From a virus (lineage: Duplodnaviria > Caudoviricetes), in the IMG/VR virus record IMGVR_UViG_3300050034_000334: a DNA stretch of 64,000 nt; one strand, given 5' to 3'. The translations under genes and the position numbers were made by a program. Shown piece after piece: positions 1 through 8,040 of the stretch. Position 1 is the stretch's first letter; each line of letters begins with the position of its first letter. Under the pieces are notes generated by a model. It was not told where the DNA came from. It saw nothing but the letters and a program-made list of their open reading frames with translations, and did no database searches.

Positions 1-2
1 AC

Positions 3-830
3 ACGTCTGGAACAAACAACGTGGCAGTTGGTCTTAACTCCTTGAATTCCAACACCACTGGTGGCGGAAACACTGCTGTGGGACAGGGAGTCCTGGTTGC
101 TAACACCACTGGAGGAGCCAACACTGGCATCGGCAAGAATTCTCTCACCCAGAACACCCTGGGCGGTGGCAATACTGCTATCGGTTACCAGGCTGGATTT
201 AACCTGTCTACACCGTTGACGAACAACAACGCCTCAACTTTCATTGGTGAAAATGCCAACACCAGCGTCGATGCTCTGTCAAATGTCACCGTCATTGGTT
301 ACAACGCACAGGCCACCACAAGCAACACAATCATGATCGGCAACTCTGCTGTGACCGCGATGTGCTGGGCAGGTGGTCGTGCTTGCTGGTATAGCTCTTC
401 GGGACTTCCATCCTCTGCTCTCTGCACGGTTAGCAACATCGGATCAATCTACTCCAACACAGACGGTAGCAGCCCGACCACGACGTTGTACATGTGTACT
501 TCGGCTGGTACCTGGACCGCCAGCGCCACTGGAGGCGGCACTACAAGCACCATCTGCAGCGGGTCATTCGCTCTGAGCACAGCCCTTATCGCGGCGGGTG
601 GTGACTATCTCAACACTCAAGCCTGCACAGGATTGCTGTCCACAGATACCATCACTCTTGATTTCAACCTTGATCCAACCTCGACTGTGGGATTCATTCC
701 TGGTTCTGGAGCGATTCTTTCTCTCTACAAATTCCCCACAGCCGGAACCATTAACGTGTATCAGGTGAACAACACGGCATCGAGTATCACGCCAGGAGCG
801 GTGACGGTCAATTACCGTGTCTATCGCTAG
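3..830 (+). CDS. Gly/Asn/Thr-rich repeat protein (tail-fibre or adhesin-like), start lies before the window
   Basis: Frame is open from the window edge; repeated NTAVG/NTGIG/NTAIG ~14-aa units typical of beta-roll fibre proteins. Confidence 0.6.
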   Translation, partial: TSGTNNVAVGLNSLNSNTTGGGNTAVGQGVLVANTTGGANTGIGKNSLTQNTLGGGNTAIGYQAGFNLSTPLTNNNASTFIGENANTSVDALSNVTVIGYNAQATTSNTIMIGNSAVTAMCWAGGRACWYSSSGLPSSALCTVSNIGSIYSNTDGSSPTTTLYMCTSAGTWTASATGGGTTSTICSGSFALSTALIAAGGDYLNTQACTGLLSTDTITLDFNLDPTSTVGFIPGSGAILSLYKFPTAGTINVYQVNNTASSITPGAVTVNYRVYR

Positions 831-843
831 GGAGATTGCTGAA

Positions 844-2895
844 ATGAAACAGTACCTCACACTTGCAGTTCTAGCTTTCTCTCTTCCGATGTGGGCTCAG
901 AGCACGGTTGCAACCGGAGACTCTAGAACAGTCACTGAGCCCATCTTTCCGTCAATCTGTGCAAGAGTGAATGCAACAAAGTACATCAAGCAGACGACTG
1001 CTGTGAACATTGATCCCTGGAATTCAACATGTGGATCTACTGGAGGAACCTTTGGGATTCTCTGGTGCACTGGAGGCACGGATTATCAGCCCTCGTCTTC
1101 GTCGAGCAGCTATGTCTCGGCGGAAACTCTGGACAACACGGCTGTACAGAATGCACTGAACTCTTGTCCCAGTGGTCAGGGAGTTGAATTGATCCCGGGC
1201 ACAAGTGGTCAAAATGCTTTCGTCCTCGCGCCGTTCAGCATCGTAAACAGTTCTGGAGCAGGAGTAAATCTCATTGTTGATGCAGGCATTCACGTGTTTG
1301 CCTCGCGCAATCTGTCTGACTACGGTGGCACCAACTGTGGACTGACAACTAACTCTACCAGTGATTGCAATCACTGGATCACTTCGCCCAGCACGACTGG
1401 CGCTGGCATCTATGGCTATGGAGTGCTTGATGGACGTGGATGGTCTGCTTACATCGGGCAAACAACTCATGGATTCTATGCCAATCGCATTCTAGCCTAC
1501 TGTGATGCTCATGGTGGAGCCATAGCTGGATCTCCCGGTTGCCCGAACACAACTTCTGGTGTGAACTCTTACGGGCCAAACGGGATCAATCTGATTGGCA
1601 CAACCAATTTCACCATGTACAAGATCTCATTGTGGAACAGTGGAAACTTCCTTATTAACTGGCAGAGTGGCAATGGGTTCACTGCCTGGGATGTGAAGCT
1701 GATCGCTCCGTTCGAAGTTTCGAATACGGATGGTTGGGATCCTCTCAACTCGACTAATGGTACGTTCACTCACAGCTTCATAAGTGTTGGTGATAACCAT
1801 ATGGCTGTGAAAGCAACATCAGGAGCTTCCTCCAACATCACGTTCTCAAATTCGCAAACCGGCGCTGGAATTGGAGTGGCAATTGGCACGAATGCTACAA
1901 ACGGGATATCCAACGTCCTGGTAGATACTTTGGTGCAAAATGGAAATCTCTACAGCACTCAGAGCGCAGGAATAATGATTGGATCGAGCACCGCAGACGG
2001 TGGCCTTGTCAACAAAGTGACCTATCGGAACGTCTGCATGGTGAACGAGTACAACTCGATTCGTTTATACACCAACTATGGCGGTAACACTGGGTCAAAT
2101 ATTCCTGTCTATCAAAACATCCTGCTGCGTAACATCACTGTGTTGCCCAGTACTGCTCCCTACACCACAGGCAACTCAGGCAGATATACCTTCCAGGGAT
2201 TAAGTGGACATCCAATAATTGCCCAAATCGACAACTTGCACATCCTGGGTACAAATCAAGGTGTCGCTGCTCAGTCAGGAGTAACGACTGATCAGTACTC
2301 GGCCATATACCTTGGTCCTGGGACGGTCGATTCCACGCTTCTAACCCAGTTTTCTGGTGGTACAGGAGTCACTACCTCTGGATCCACCACTTCCACTACG
2401 CAGTACGCTTGCACCAGCACAACCTGGCAGCCACTGATTGGCGAATTGAACATCAAGACTTCGGTTTCCAACAACAATCAAACAGCGACTGTGATAGCCT
2501 TGGCTCCGTTCACCCTACAGGCCGTCCTACAGCCATCGACAGCAATCAGCACAAAGGAATCTCCGGCTCTCACAGCCTCAGTGAATTTCTATGACAATTG
2601 TTTCACAACTCCGACAAGTTGTTCACCAATCGGAACTGTTGCGCTTTCAGGAGATGGGACATATGCTGCCTATACTCTATCCAGCGGAACTTCACTGGGA
2701 ACTCACAACTACATAGCTTATTATCCAGGAGATTCGAATTATCCAGCATACACATTTGGATCAGTCACGGTCACTGCAGTAACAGCGCCACCTGCTGCAA
2801 AGTCGTATGCACCCATTGTGATTGGTGAATTGGTGACCCCGGCAGGTTTCGAACCTGCGACCCTCTGCTTAGAAGGCAGATGCTCTATCCACTGA
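844..2895 (+). CDS. Secreted glycoside hydrolase family 28 (polygalacturonase-like beta-helix) with C-terminal Ig-like domain
   Basis: Signal peptide MKQYLTLAVLAFSLPMWAQ; GDSRTVTEP start; IYGYGVLDGRG; NTDG motif; Big_3-like tail (NYIAYYPGDSNY). Last 65 nt overlap tRNA-Arg antisense. Confidence 0.85.
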   Translation: MKQYLTLAVLAFSLPMWAQSTVATGDSRTVTEPIFPSICARVNATKYIKQTTAVNIDPWNSTCGSTGGTFGILWCTGGTDYQPSSSSSSYVSAETLDNTAVQNALNSCPSGQGVELIPGTSGQNAFVLAPFSIVNSSGAGVNLIVDAGIHVFASRNLSDYGGTNCGLTTNSTSDCNHWITSPSTTGAGIYGYGVLDGRGWSAYIGQTTHGFYANRILAYCDAHGGAIAGSPGCPNTTSGVNSYGPNGINLIGTTNFTMYKISLWNSGNFLINWQSGNGFTAWDVKLIAPFEVSNTDGWDPLNSTNGTFTHSFISVGDNHMAVKATSGASSNITFSNSQTGAGIGVAIGTNATNGISNVLVDTLVQNGNLYSTQSAGIMIGSSTADGGLVNKVTYRNVCMVNEYNSIRLYTNYGGNTGSNIPVYQNILLRNITVLPSTAPYTTGNSGRYTFQGLSGHPIIAQIDNLHILGTNQGVAAQSGVTTDQYSAIYLGPGTVDSTLLTQFSGGTGVTTSGSTTSTTQYACTSTTWQPLIGELNIKTSVSNNNQTATVIALAPFTLQAVLQPSTAISTKESPALTASVNFYDNCFTTPTSCSPIGTVALSGDGTYAAYTLSSGTSLGTHNYIAYYPGDSNYPAYTFGSVTVTAVTAPPAAKSYAPIVIGELVTPAGFEPATLCLEGRCSIH

Positions 2896-2906
2896 GCTAC
2901 GAGGCC
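2831..2906 (-). tRNA. tRNA-Arg(TCT)
   Basis: GGCCTCG...TCTGC-CTTCTAA-GCAGA...TTCGAAA...CGGGGTC-A-CCA cloverleaf. Confidence 0.97.
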
Positions 2907-3136
2907 ACGACTTCTTCAGGTAATGGATCGCGGCAATACTGCCTTAGATTCCGATCACAAGACCCGATGCTCTTGTAATTTATCCTACCCTCTCGCAGTG
3001 TCATGTGATTGCAATCACTGGGAGTGTCCTCATTCTCGAGACATTCATCTTCCCAGTAGCACACTGGACAGATTTCATACACATGACGCACGTCTTCGAG
3101 AGTGTGATTACCGCAACAAGGACAAGGAAATAGCAT
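2897..3136 (-). CDS. CPCC cysteine-rich protein
   Basis: CPCCGNHTL...EICPVCYWED...N..TL.E.R.NY motif. Confidence 0.85.
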   Translation of the reverse strand: MLFPCPCCGNHTLEDVRHVYEICPVCYWEDECLENEDTPSDCNHMTLREGRINYKSIGSCDRNLRQYCRDPLPEEVVAS

Positions 3137-3149
3137 GTCTCACCAAACT

Positions 3150-3226
3150 TGGTGACCGTGGAGGGGATTGAACCCCCGACCTGCGGTTTAGGAAACCACC
3201 GCTCTATCCAACTGAGCTACACGGTC
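3150..3226 (-). tRNA. tRNA-Arg(CCT)
   Basis: GACCGTG...GTGGT-TTCCTAA-ACCGC...CACGGTC-A-CCA. Confidence 0.96.
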
Positions 3227-3387
3227 ATGCCTAACTTCTCTTTCAGGTACTCTCTCATCTGATACACTTCGTTCGGCTTGCACCAGATGTACACCGGACC
3301 CGTTGGTGCGGGTATAAGGCTCTCAGCAAATGCTCTTTGGAGCATCTCCAACGTGATATCTCCCGCATTGGATTGTTTCAGTTCCAT
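3217..3387 (-). CDS. Small hypothetical protein (MELKQSNAG...)
   Basis: ATG after tRNA-Lys; the longer track ORF 3217..3528 runs through the tRNA. Confidence 0.45.
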   Translation of the reverse strand: MELKQSNAGDITLEMLQRAFAESLIPAPTGPVYIWCKPNEVYQMREYLKEKLGMTV

Positions 3388-3395
3388 GGATGTTA

Positions 3396-3471
3396 TGGTG
3401 CGCCCGAAGGGACTCGAACCCCCAACCAACTGGTTAAAAGCCAGATGCTCTGACCATTGAGCTACGAGCGC
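3396..3471 (-). tRNA. tRNA-Lys(TTT)
   Basis: GCGCTCG...TCTGG-CTTTTAA-CCAGT...CGGGCGC-A-CCA. Confidence 0.97.
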
Positions 3472-3783
3472 ACAGTGCGTTTGCCAGGCTCGTCTGAAGG
3501 TTTTCGCATTGTGACACTCCTCTCTCAAAACTGATCTTAGAACCGGATCAGGGATTCCGGCAGGTTGTTAGCTGATCCGGTTCCTCGATTGATCAGGAGC
3601 GTTGAACTAGGTTTACCGAACTAGACGATCCGGATTACATGAGCACGGAGTGCTCGATGCGCGAATAGCCTCATCCTCTGTCTGAACCTCTACCTGAACA
3701 ACTCTCCTGAACCTCTAAACTTGGGGCCGAATCGCCTCGTGCACAGACGATATCTACCTCCGACTCGGCCAACATCGGTCATC

Positions 3784-4314
3784 TCAATAGAACAGGTACT
3801 TCTTCCACTTTTCCATGCCGGCACCCATAGAACGAATCAGGTTCCGGTTGGTGTGAATGGTCAATGGACGAGGGTAGCGAATCAGTTTCATGTCCTTGAT
3901 ATCGCTCAGATCCCTGTCGCCCTTCTTCTGGTTGCAAGCCTGACAAGCCGTGACCAGGTTCTCCCAGCAGTTCCTTCCACCCTTGGACTTCGGTACAACG
4001 TGGTCCCAGGTGAGATTCTTTGCTGAGAACTGAACACCGCAGTACTGGCAGGTGTAACCGTCGCGAAGGTAGATGTTCCGTCTGCTCAACTCCTGCTGAC
4101 GGTGTGGCACCTTCCGGTACTTCACCAGCCTGACTACGCAAGGAAGAAAGAATCCTGGACGAACCAAGAGGTCATACTCTTCCTCAGACTTGGCAACTCC
4201 CTTGATTACCATGCACAGTGCCCGCTGAGCACTCGCATAGCGCAGCGGCTCGTAACTGGCATTCAGTACGAGAACCGGAGTCGACTTGATGAGAGTGTTG
4301 GTTGCGGACAACAT
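3784..4314 (-). CDS. HNH endonuclease (McrA-like)
   Basis: VLVLNASYEPL start; RDGYTCQYCG...TWDHVVPKSKGG...WENLVTACQACNQKK; RBS AAGGAAA. Confidence 0.92.
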   Translation of the reverse strand: MLSATNTLIKSTPVLVLNASYEPLRYASAQRALCMVIKGVAKSEEEYDLLVRPGFFLPCVVRLVKYRKVPHRQQELSRRNIYLRDGYTCQYCGVQFSAKNLTWDHVVPKSKGGRNCWENLVTACQACNQKKGDRDLSDIKDMKLIRYPRPLTIHTNRNLIRSMGAGMEKWKKYLFY

Positions 4315-4374
4315 GGTGGTTTCCTTTCTTGAAAAATGGTGGAGGATCGGTCCGGAATGACTTCACCCCCAAGT

Positions 4375-5001
4375 TCAGGCTGCCGACTTGATAGAGTCTA
4401 AAATTCTCACACATCTGGTCAAGTACCTGCTTCCTGAAGAATCACTCAATCCGACTTTTCTTAATGCTTGAGAAACAGTTTCAGACGTTCTTAGAGCTTC
4501 AAGCAACTGTTCATCTGAAATTCTTCCTTCGCTACTTCTACCCACTTTGTTTCCGCAATAGGTGGGCAACTGACTGTCACAATTGGGACAAATACCTCTG
4601 AAGTTACTGCGAGAATTGTTGGATCGCACACCATCTATGTGATCTAGCCGAAGAGATATGGGTTTTCCATTCCACTCGTCAATCCCACAGATTAAGCACT
4701 TTCCTCCTTGTTCCCTTACAACCCTTTCCTTCTTACTGCCATACCCTAGATCTTCAAAGGGAGTAGCAGCTGATCTGGCGAGTATCTTGGCAGCCCGTTT
4801 CTTTATCGCCTCTGCTGACTGAGAATTTTCTCGAAAGGTGACGTACTTTTCATGATGTTCGGAGTACGCCTTCCTGCTCTTCTCACTCCTGCTCCGATTT
4901 ACCTCCGGAGTCCAGGTCCTTGAATGACTACATTTGGAAGAGCAGAAATTTCCTTCTCCGTATGAGCCATCATGTTCCTTACCACACTTCTTGCAGATCA
5001 T
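4375..5001 (-). CDS. HNH homing-type endonuclease with N-terminal Zn finger
   Basis: CKKC..HDGSYG.G.FCS..C start; CLICG...LRLDHIDG...N.R.ICPNCDSQ. Confidence 0.9.
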   Translation of the reverse strand: MICKKCGKEHDGSYGEGNFCSSKCSHSRTWTPEVNRSRSEKSRKAYSEHHEKYVTFRENSQSAEAIKKRAAKILARSAATPFEDLGYGSKKERVVREQGGKCLICGIDEWNGKPISLRLDHIDGVRSNNSRSNFRGICPNCDSQLPTYCGNKVGRSSEGRISDEQLLEALRTSETVSQALRKVGLSDSSGSRYLTRCVRILDSIKSAA

Positions 5002-5006
5002 TCTAA

Positions 5007-5031
5007 GGGACTCCTTATACTAAAGAATCCC
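5007..5031 (-). promoter_or_regulatory. Hairpin occluding the RBS of the HNH gene
   Basis: GGGATTCTTTA-GTA-TAAGGAGTCCC; AAGGAG lies in the 3' arm, 9 nt before the ATG at 5001. Confidence 0.55.
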
Positions 5032-5042
5032 CTAGTTCAAAT

Positions 5043-5120
5043 TGGTCGCAGTGAAGGGATTTGAACCCCCGACATCTTTCTTATGAGGAAAGCGTTCTCA
5101 CCAGGCTGAACTACACTGCG
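5043..5120 (-). tRNA. tRNA(CAT), probably elongator Met
   Basis: CGCAGTG...CTTTC-CTCATAA-GAAAG...CACTGCG-A-CCA; lacks initiator features; Met versus Ile2 is tentative. Confidence 0.9.
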
Positions 5121-5155
5121 ATTTATTCTTCGAACTACACTGCGATTTATTCTTC
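5108..5155. repeat. Exact 24-bp tandem duplication
   Basis: GAACTACACTGCGATTTATTCTTC twice (5108-5131, 5132-5155); includes the first 13 nt of the tRNA. Confidence 0.95.
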
Positions 5156-5490
5156 GTCATTTCCGTTCATCAAGTTTCTCCTGGTGGCATTCCAAACACT
5201 TCTGCTTGAGAGGCCACTCGTTGTTACACGTCGTGACCTCTGTTGAGTTGCATGAAGGACAGTGAATCGAGGCCTTATCCAGCCATGCGAGCAGTTCCTG
5301 AAACTTCCTGTCGTCCTGCATATTCGGCCTTGATGTACTCAACTTCCTTGCTGTTGCAACTCTCGAGCTTCCGCCCGACCTTCCAATCCTTCTTGCGCTG
5401 CTCGATGACAAACTGAGTCCAAGTGTAAGAAGACGAGTAACTCGACTTCTCCTCGTAGCAGCGGAACCAAAGACCGTTGAAGTTCAAATA

Positions 5491-5766
5491 CTATCCGTCA
5501 TACCACGAACGAGGGACCTCCCCACCTGGGAGACTTACCTGCAGTTCTTGACAGATGAACCTTGCAACATCTTCCGGATGGACTTCTCCGTCGCTCGTCT
5601 TCTTCCAGCGACCCCGGTCGATGTTGTCTTGTGACAAACCCATCAACTCACTCAAATCCTTGTGATGCATCCGACCATCCGGAAATCTCACGAACAAGTC
5701 GGCCTTGCCAATCTTGAAGAGGAACGTCACTCCTCGAACTACGATCCTACGCATGCGGGACTTCAT
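5491..5766 (-). CDS. Hypothetical protein
   Basis: ORF with an RBS, co-oriented with the array. Confidence 0.6.
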   Translation of the reverse strand: MKSRMRRIVVRGVTFLFKIGKADLFVRFPDGRMHHKDLSELMGLSQDNIDRGRWKKTSDGEVHPEDVARFICQELQVSLPGGEVPRSWYDG

Positions 5767-5937
5767 GAGGACCTTTCAGTGTCTTTTCCATCCTGGAGAA
5801 GCACCCTTCGAGTTGAATCAACGCCACGACACCAACTACAGCCAGACTGACAAACATCCCCACTAAACATCCGAACAGAAAGGCAAGATGCACCAGAGCG
5901 GAAATCTCATCAGGGTTCATGCCATTCTGATACTGCG

Positions 5938-6129
5938 TTTCGCTTCTCCAGCGAACTTTTACCTGCTGCGAGAGAGAGACGGACGGTTGTCGATACGTTT
6001 CAACCCACGCTCAAAAGAGCGACATTTGATCGAGGCCAGGTGCCGGTTGACAATCCACCACGTGCCTCTTCCCAGGATAGACGCGCCTCTCCGATCAGGA
6101 CTGTTCCGACCACCGGAGACTACCCTAGA
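5938..6129 (-). ncRNA. Candidate structured ncRNA
   Basis: Series of hairpins: TCTAGGGTAG/CTATCCTGGG, TCTCCG/CGGAGA, GAGGC/GCCTC, CGCTC-TTTT-GAGCG, GGTTG/CAACC, TTCGC/GCGAA. Confidence 0.45.
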
Positions 6130-6137
6130 CTAAACTT

Positions 6138-6545
6138 TCACCACTCGAAGTCCTTTGCAAGATGAACATTCTTCACCTGCATATTCTTCGTCGGAGTAAA
6201 TCTAAGTGTCACAGTTCCGCCTCCTTGAAATTGTTGGATCGGTAACCAGTAGCACTTTTCTGTAGCGGGCAAGTAAGCAACTACCACATCAATCTCTTCA
6301 GACGTGTACTTCTTCTTGTATCCGCTATTTCGGCATTCAGCCGATAGACCCACTTCAACAGAATCCTTCGTCAAGCTACAGCTGCAATACTTCACTTGAA
6401 CCCTGAGAAGTTCCTTTCCGTTGTCGACCACCAAGTCGTACCTGGCGTCTACAGAAGGAACGCTCACAATCCATCCCAACTCGGTGGCTCGGAGCATGAC
6501 TTTCAGCTTTCCGATCTCACCCTTTTGATGAGTGCTTGCTAGCAT
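6138..6545 (-). CDS. PD-(D/E)XK endonuclease (group I intron-associated family), free-standing
   Basis: KGEIG...RYDLVVD...LRVQVKY...Y...EIDVVVAYLP...CY. Confidence 0.88.
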   Translation of the reverse strand: MLASTHQKGEIGKLKVMLRATELGWIVSVPSVDARYDLVVDNGKELLRVQVKYCSCSLTKDSVEVGLSAECRNSGYKKKYTSEEIDVVVAYLPATEKCYWLPIQQFQGGGTVTLRFTPTKNMQVKNVHLAKDFEW

Positions 6546-6567
6546 ATCTCATCAATACTCAAAACTT

Positions 6568-6643
6568 TGGTGCGAGCGGAGGGGATCGAACCCCCGACGT
6601 CCCGGTTAAGAGCCGGTTACTCTACCAACTGAGTTACGCTCGC
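6568..6643 (-). tRNA. tRNA-Lys(CTT)
   Basis: GCGAGCG...ACCGG-CTCTTAA-CCGGG...CGCTCGC-A-CCA. Confidence 0.96.
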
Positions 6644-6744
6644 ACATCTACAAAAAGGCTCTCCGGGGAGGTGGGCCATCCCTCCATACACTCCTCGCGA
6701 AAGAGAGTGTGTCTTGCCACTATGAAACGACCGGAAACTTACAA

Positions 6745-6932
6745 ATTCAACGCCGGTGCTCTATCCAGGCTGAGCTACCACCAAGCGAATGGACCGTTCC
6801 GCCGACCTTGATTCCCCTCTAGAAAAGGAATCCTGGGACTCTTAGGGCATGGTCACTTGCTCTGTCTAAACGGGTGGGTTGGATTCGGACCAACGACCAC
6901 CGGCTGCTTGTTGGGCGGAATGATCACACCCG
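6745..6932 (-). ncRNA. Permuted tRNA-like element (T arm before D arm) or tandem tRNA remnants
   Basis: GCCGGT-GGTC-GTTGG-TCCGAAT-CCAAC-CCACCCG, then ~85 nt, then TTGGTGG-TA-GCTC-AGCCTGGATA-GAGC-ACCGGC. Confidence 0.5.
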
Positions 6933-6938
6933 AATCTT

Positions 6939-7013
6939 TGGCTCCTGAGGAGGGATTCGAACCCACAACCATTCGGTTAACAGCCGAACGCTCTGCCGTT
7001 GAGCTACCCAGGA
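6939..7013 (-). tRNA. tRNA-Asn(GTT)
   Basis: TCCTGGG...TTCGG-CTGTTAA-CCGAA...CTCAGGA-G-CCA. Confidence 0.97.
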
Positions 7014-7020
7014 ACACTTG

Positions 7021-7215
7021 TTATACTGCAACTTCCTCAATCTCGATCTGAACCTTCTTGCTGCTCATCACTTCGTCAGCAACACCGAAGGCAACCTCAT
7101 AATCCTCAAATCTGGTTGCCTCGTAGCGATATCCAAACCTCAAAGTGCGGGTGATCGCAGCATCGTCTGAGATGACATAGTTCGATGTATTCGGTACTCT
7201 CAAGATGTGCTGCAT
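7021..7215 (-). CDS. Small hypothetical protein
   Basis: ORF with RBS GGAGTAGAGGG between tRNAs. Confidence 0.55.
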   Translation of the reverse strand: MQHILRVPNTSNYVISDDAAITRTLRFGYRYEATRFEDYEVAFGVADEVMSSKKVQIEIEEVAV

Positions 7216-7261
7216 GACCTTACCCTCTACTCCGATTTATGAGATCGGGTACTGCTGAATT

Positions 7262-7337
7262 TGGGGAGTCTAGAGGGATTCGAACCCTCGACTACTGGTG
7301 CCACAGACCAGCGTTCTACCGCTGAACTACAGACTCC
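7262..7337 (-). tRNA. tRNA-His(GTG)
   Basis: G-1 and C73 present; CTGGT-CTGTGGC-ACCAG; CCA end. Confidence 0.96.
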
Positions 7338-7348
7338 ATGAAATTGTT

Positions 7349-7422
7349 TGGCTGCCTCTGTAGGATTCGAACCTACATATCCTGGTCCAGAGCCAAGTGT
7401 CCTGCCATTGAACGAAAAGGCA
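7349..7422 (-). tRNA. tRNA-Gln(CTG)
   Basis: TGCCTTT...CTTGG-CTCTGGA-CCAGG...AGAGGCA-G-CCA. Confidence 0.96.
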
Positions 7423-7442
7423 ACATGTGAAACCGAACTTGT

Positions 7443-7522
7443 TGGGCAGGAACGGTGGGAATCCATTGACCTCCTGGTTGGAGCCAGAAGGCGTGGAAAC
7501 CCATTCTTCCGCTGAACTGCCC
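7443..7522 (-). pseudogene. Degenerate tRNA-like element (Trp-like loop)
   Basis: GGGCAG/CTGCCC ends; D-like TTC-AGCGGAA-GAA; CTGG-CTCCAA-CCAG arm; T loop and CCA defective. Confidence 0.5.
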
Positions 7523-7524
7523 GA

Positions 7525-7692
7525 CCGGGCAATGACTTCTAAGCTACATTCGCCGAAGCGAATGCTGGTCAACCTTCTCACCAGATCCCCGCCGTTGAAG
7601 GCGGTGCTTTGTTCGGACTCGCCACGGAGGTTCCAGCCTCATGGGTCTGTCCTGGTCTAGTCGCACTGGCCCCTGGAAGGTCCATTGCCCGG
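7525..7692 (-). ncRNA. Candidate multibranched ncRNA (~170 nt)
   Basis: Closing helix CCGGGCAATG/CATTGCCCGG; internal CATTCGC-TTCG-GCGAATG (cUUCGg), CCGCC/GGCGG, GAGG/CCTC. Confidence 0.55.
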
Positions 7693-7925
7693 AAACTTTA
7701 TTGCACGAACGAAAAGTAGACTAAGAGGCGGTGCAAACTACTTGATGAACAATCCGTCAATCACGCTCTTGGCTTTGTCTTCCGTTCTGACATAGTTCCG
7801 GACCACGTAGGTCTCGGCTATGATGCGAAAGCCGCCATCTCGTAAAGGATGAATCGTATACCCGCGATATATTGTGTCTTCCATACGAATCTCTACTGGA
7901 AAACCCAGCATATCGGTTAATCTTT

Positions 7926-8000
7926 TGGCGGGAAATAGAGGAATCGAACCCCTGAGTTCTGATTTGGAGGCAGACAGTTTACCAACTAGCTTAATTTCCC
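7926..8000 (-). tRNA. tRNA-Trp(CCA)
   Basis: GGGAAAT...CTCCAAA loop...ATTTCCC-G-CCA. Confidence 0.92.
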
Positions 8001-8040
8001 GTTGAATCCAGACTTTCGGAACCATTACTGGAGGTTCCAA

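Noticed and set aside
3678-3720. CRISPR-like repeat array (CTGAAC repeats)
   Set aside because: Only three 6-10-bp units with 6-7-nt spacing; no cas genes.
4337-5031. tmRNA interrupted by the HNH gene
   Set aside because: The upstream GGGGATT does not pair with the 3' GATCCTCC, and there is no T arm or tag reading frame.
5938-6545. Group I intron housing the PD-(D/E)XK endonuclease
   Set aside because: The flanking tRNAs are intact and I could not find the P7 R/S elements (GACUA, AUAGUC) in the right order.
6789-6855. Amber-suppressor tRNA (hairpin with TTCTAGA loop) or stop-codon recoding
   Set aside because: No T arm or proper acceptor stem. TAG ends normal genes and long ORFs are intact in the standard code.
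7525-7692. RNase P RNA
   Set aside because: GAATGTAGCTTA resembles CR-V, but no GAGGAAAGUCC or complementary P4 strand is present, and the unit is too short.
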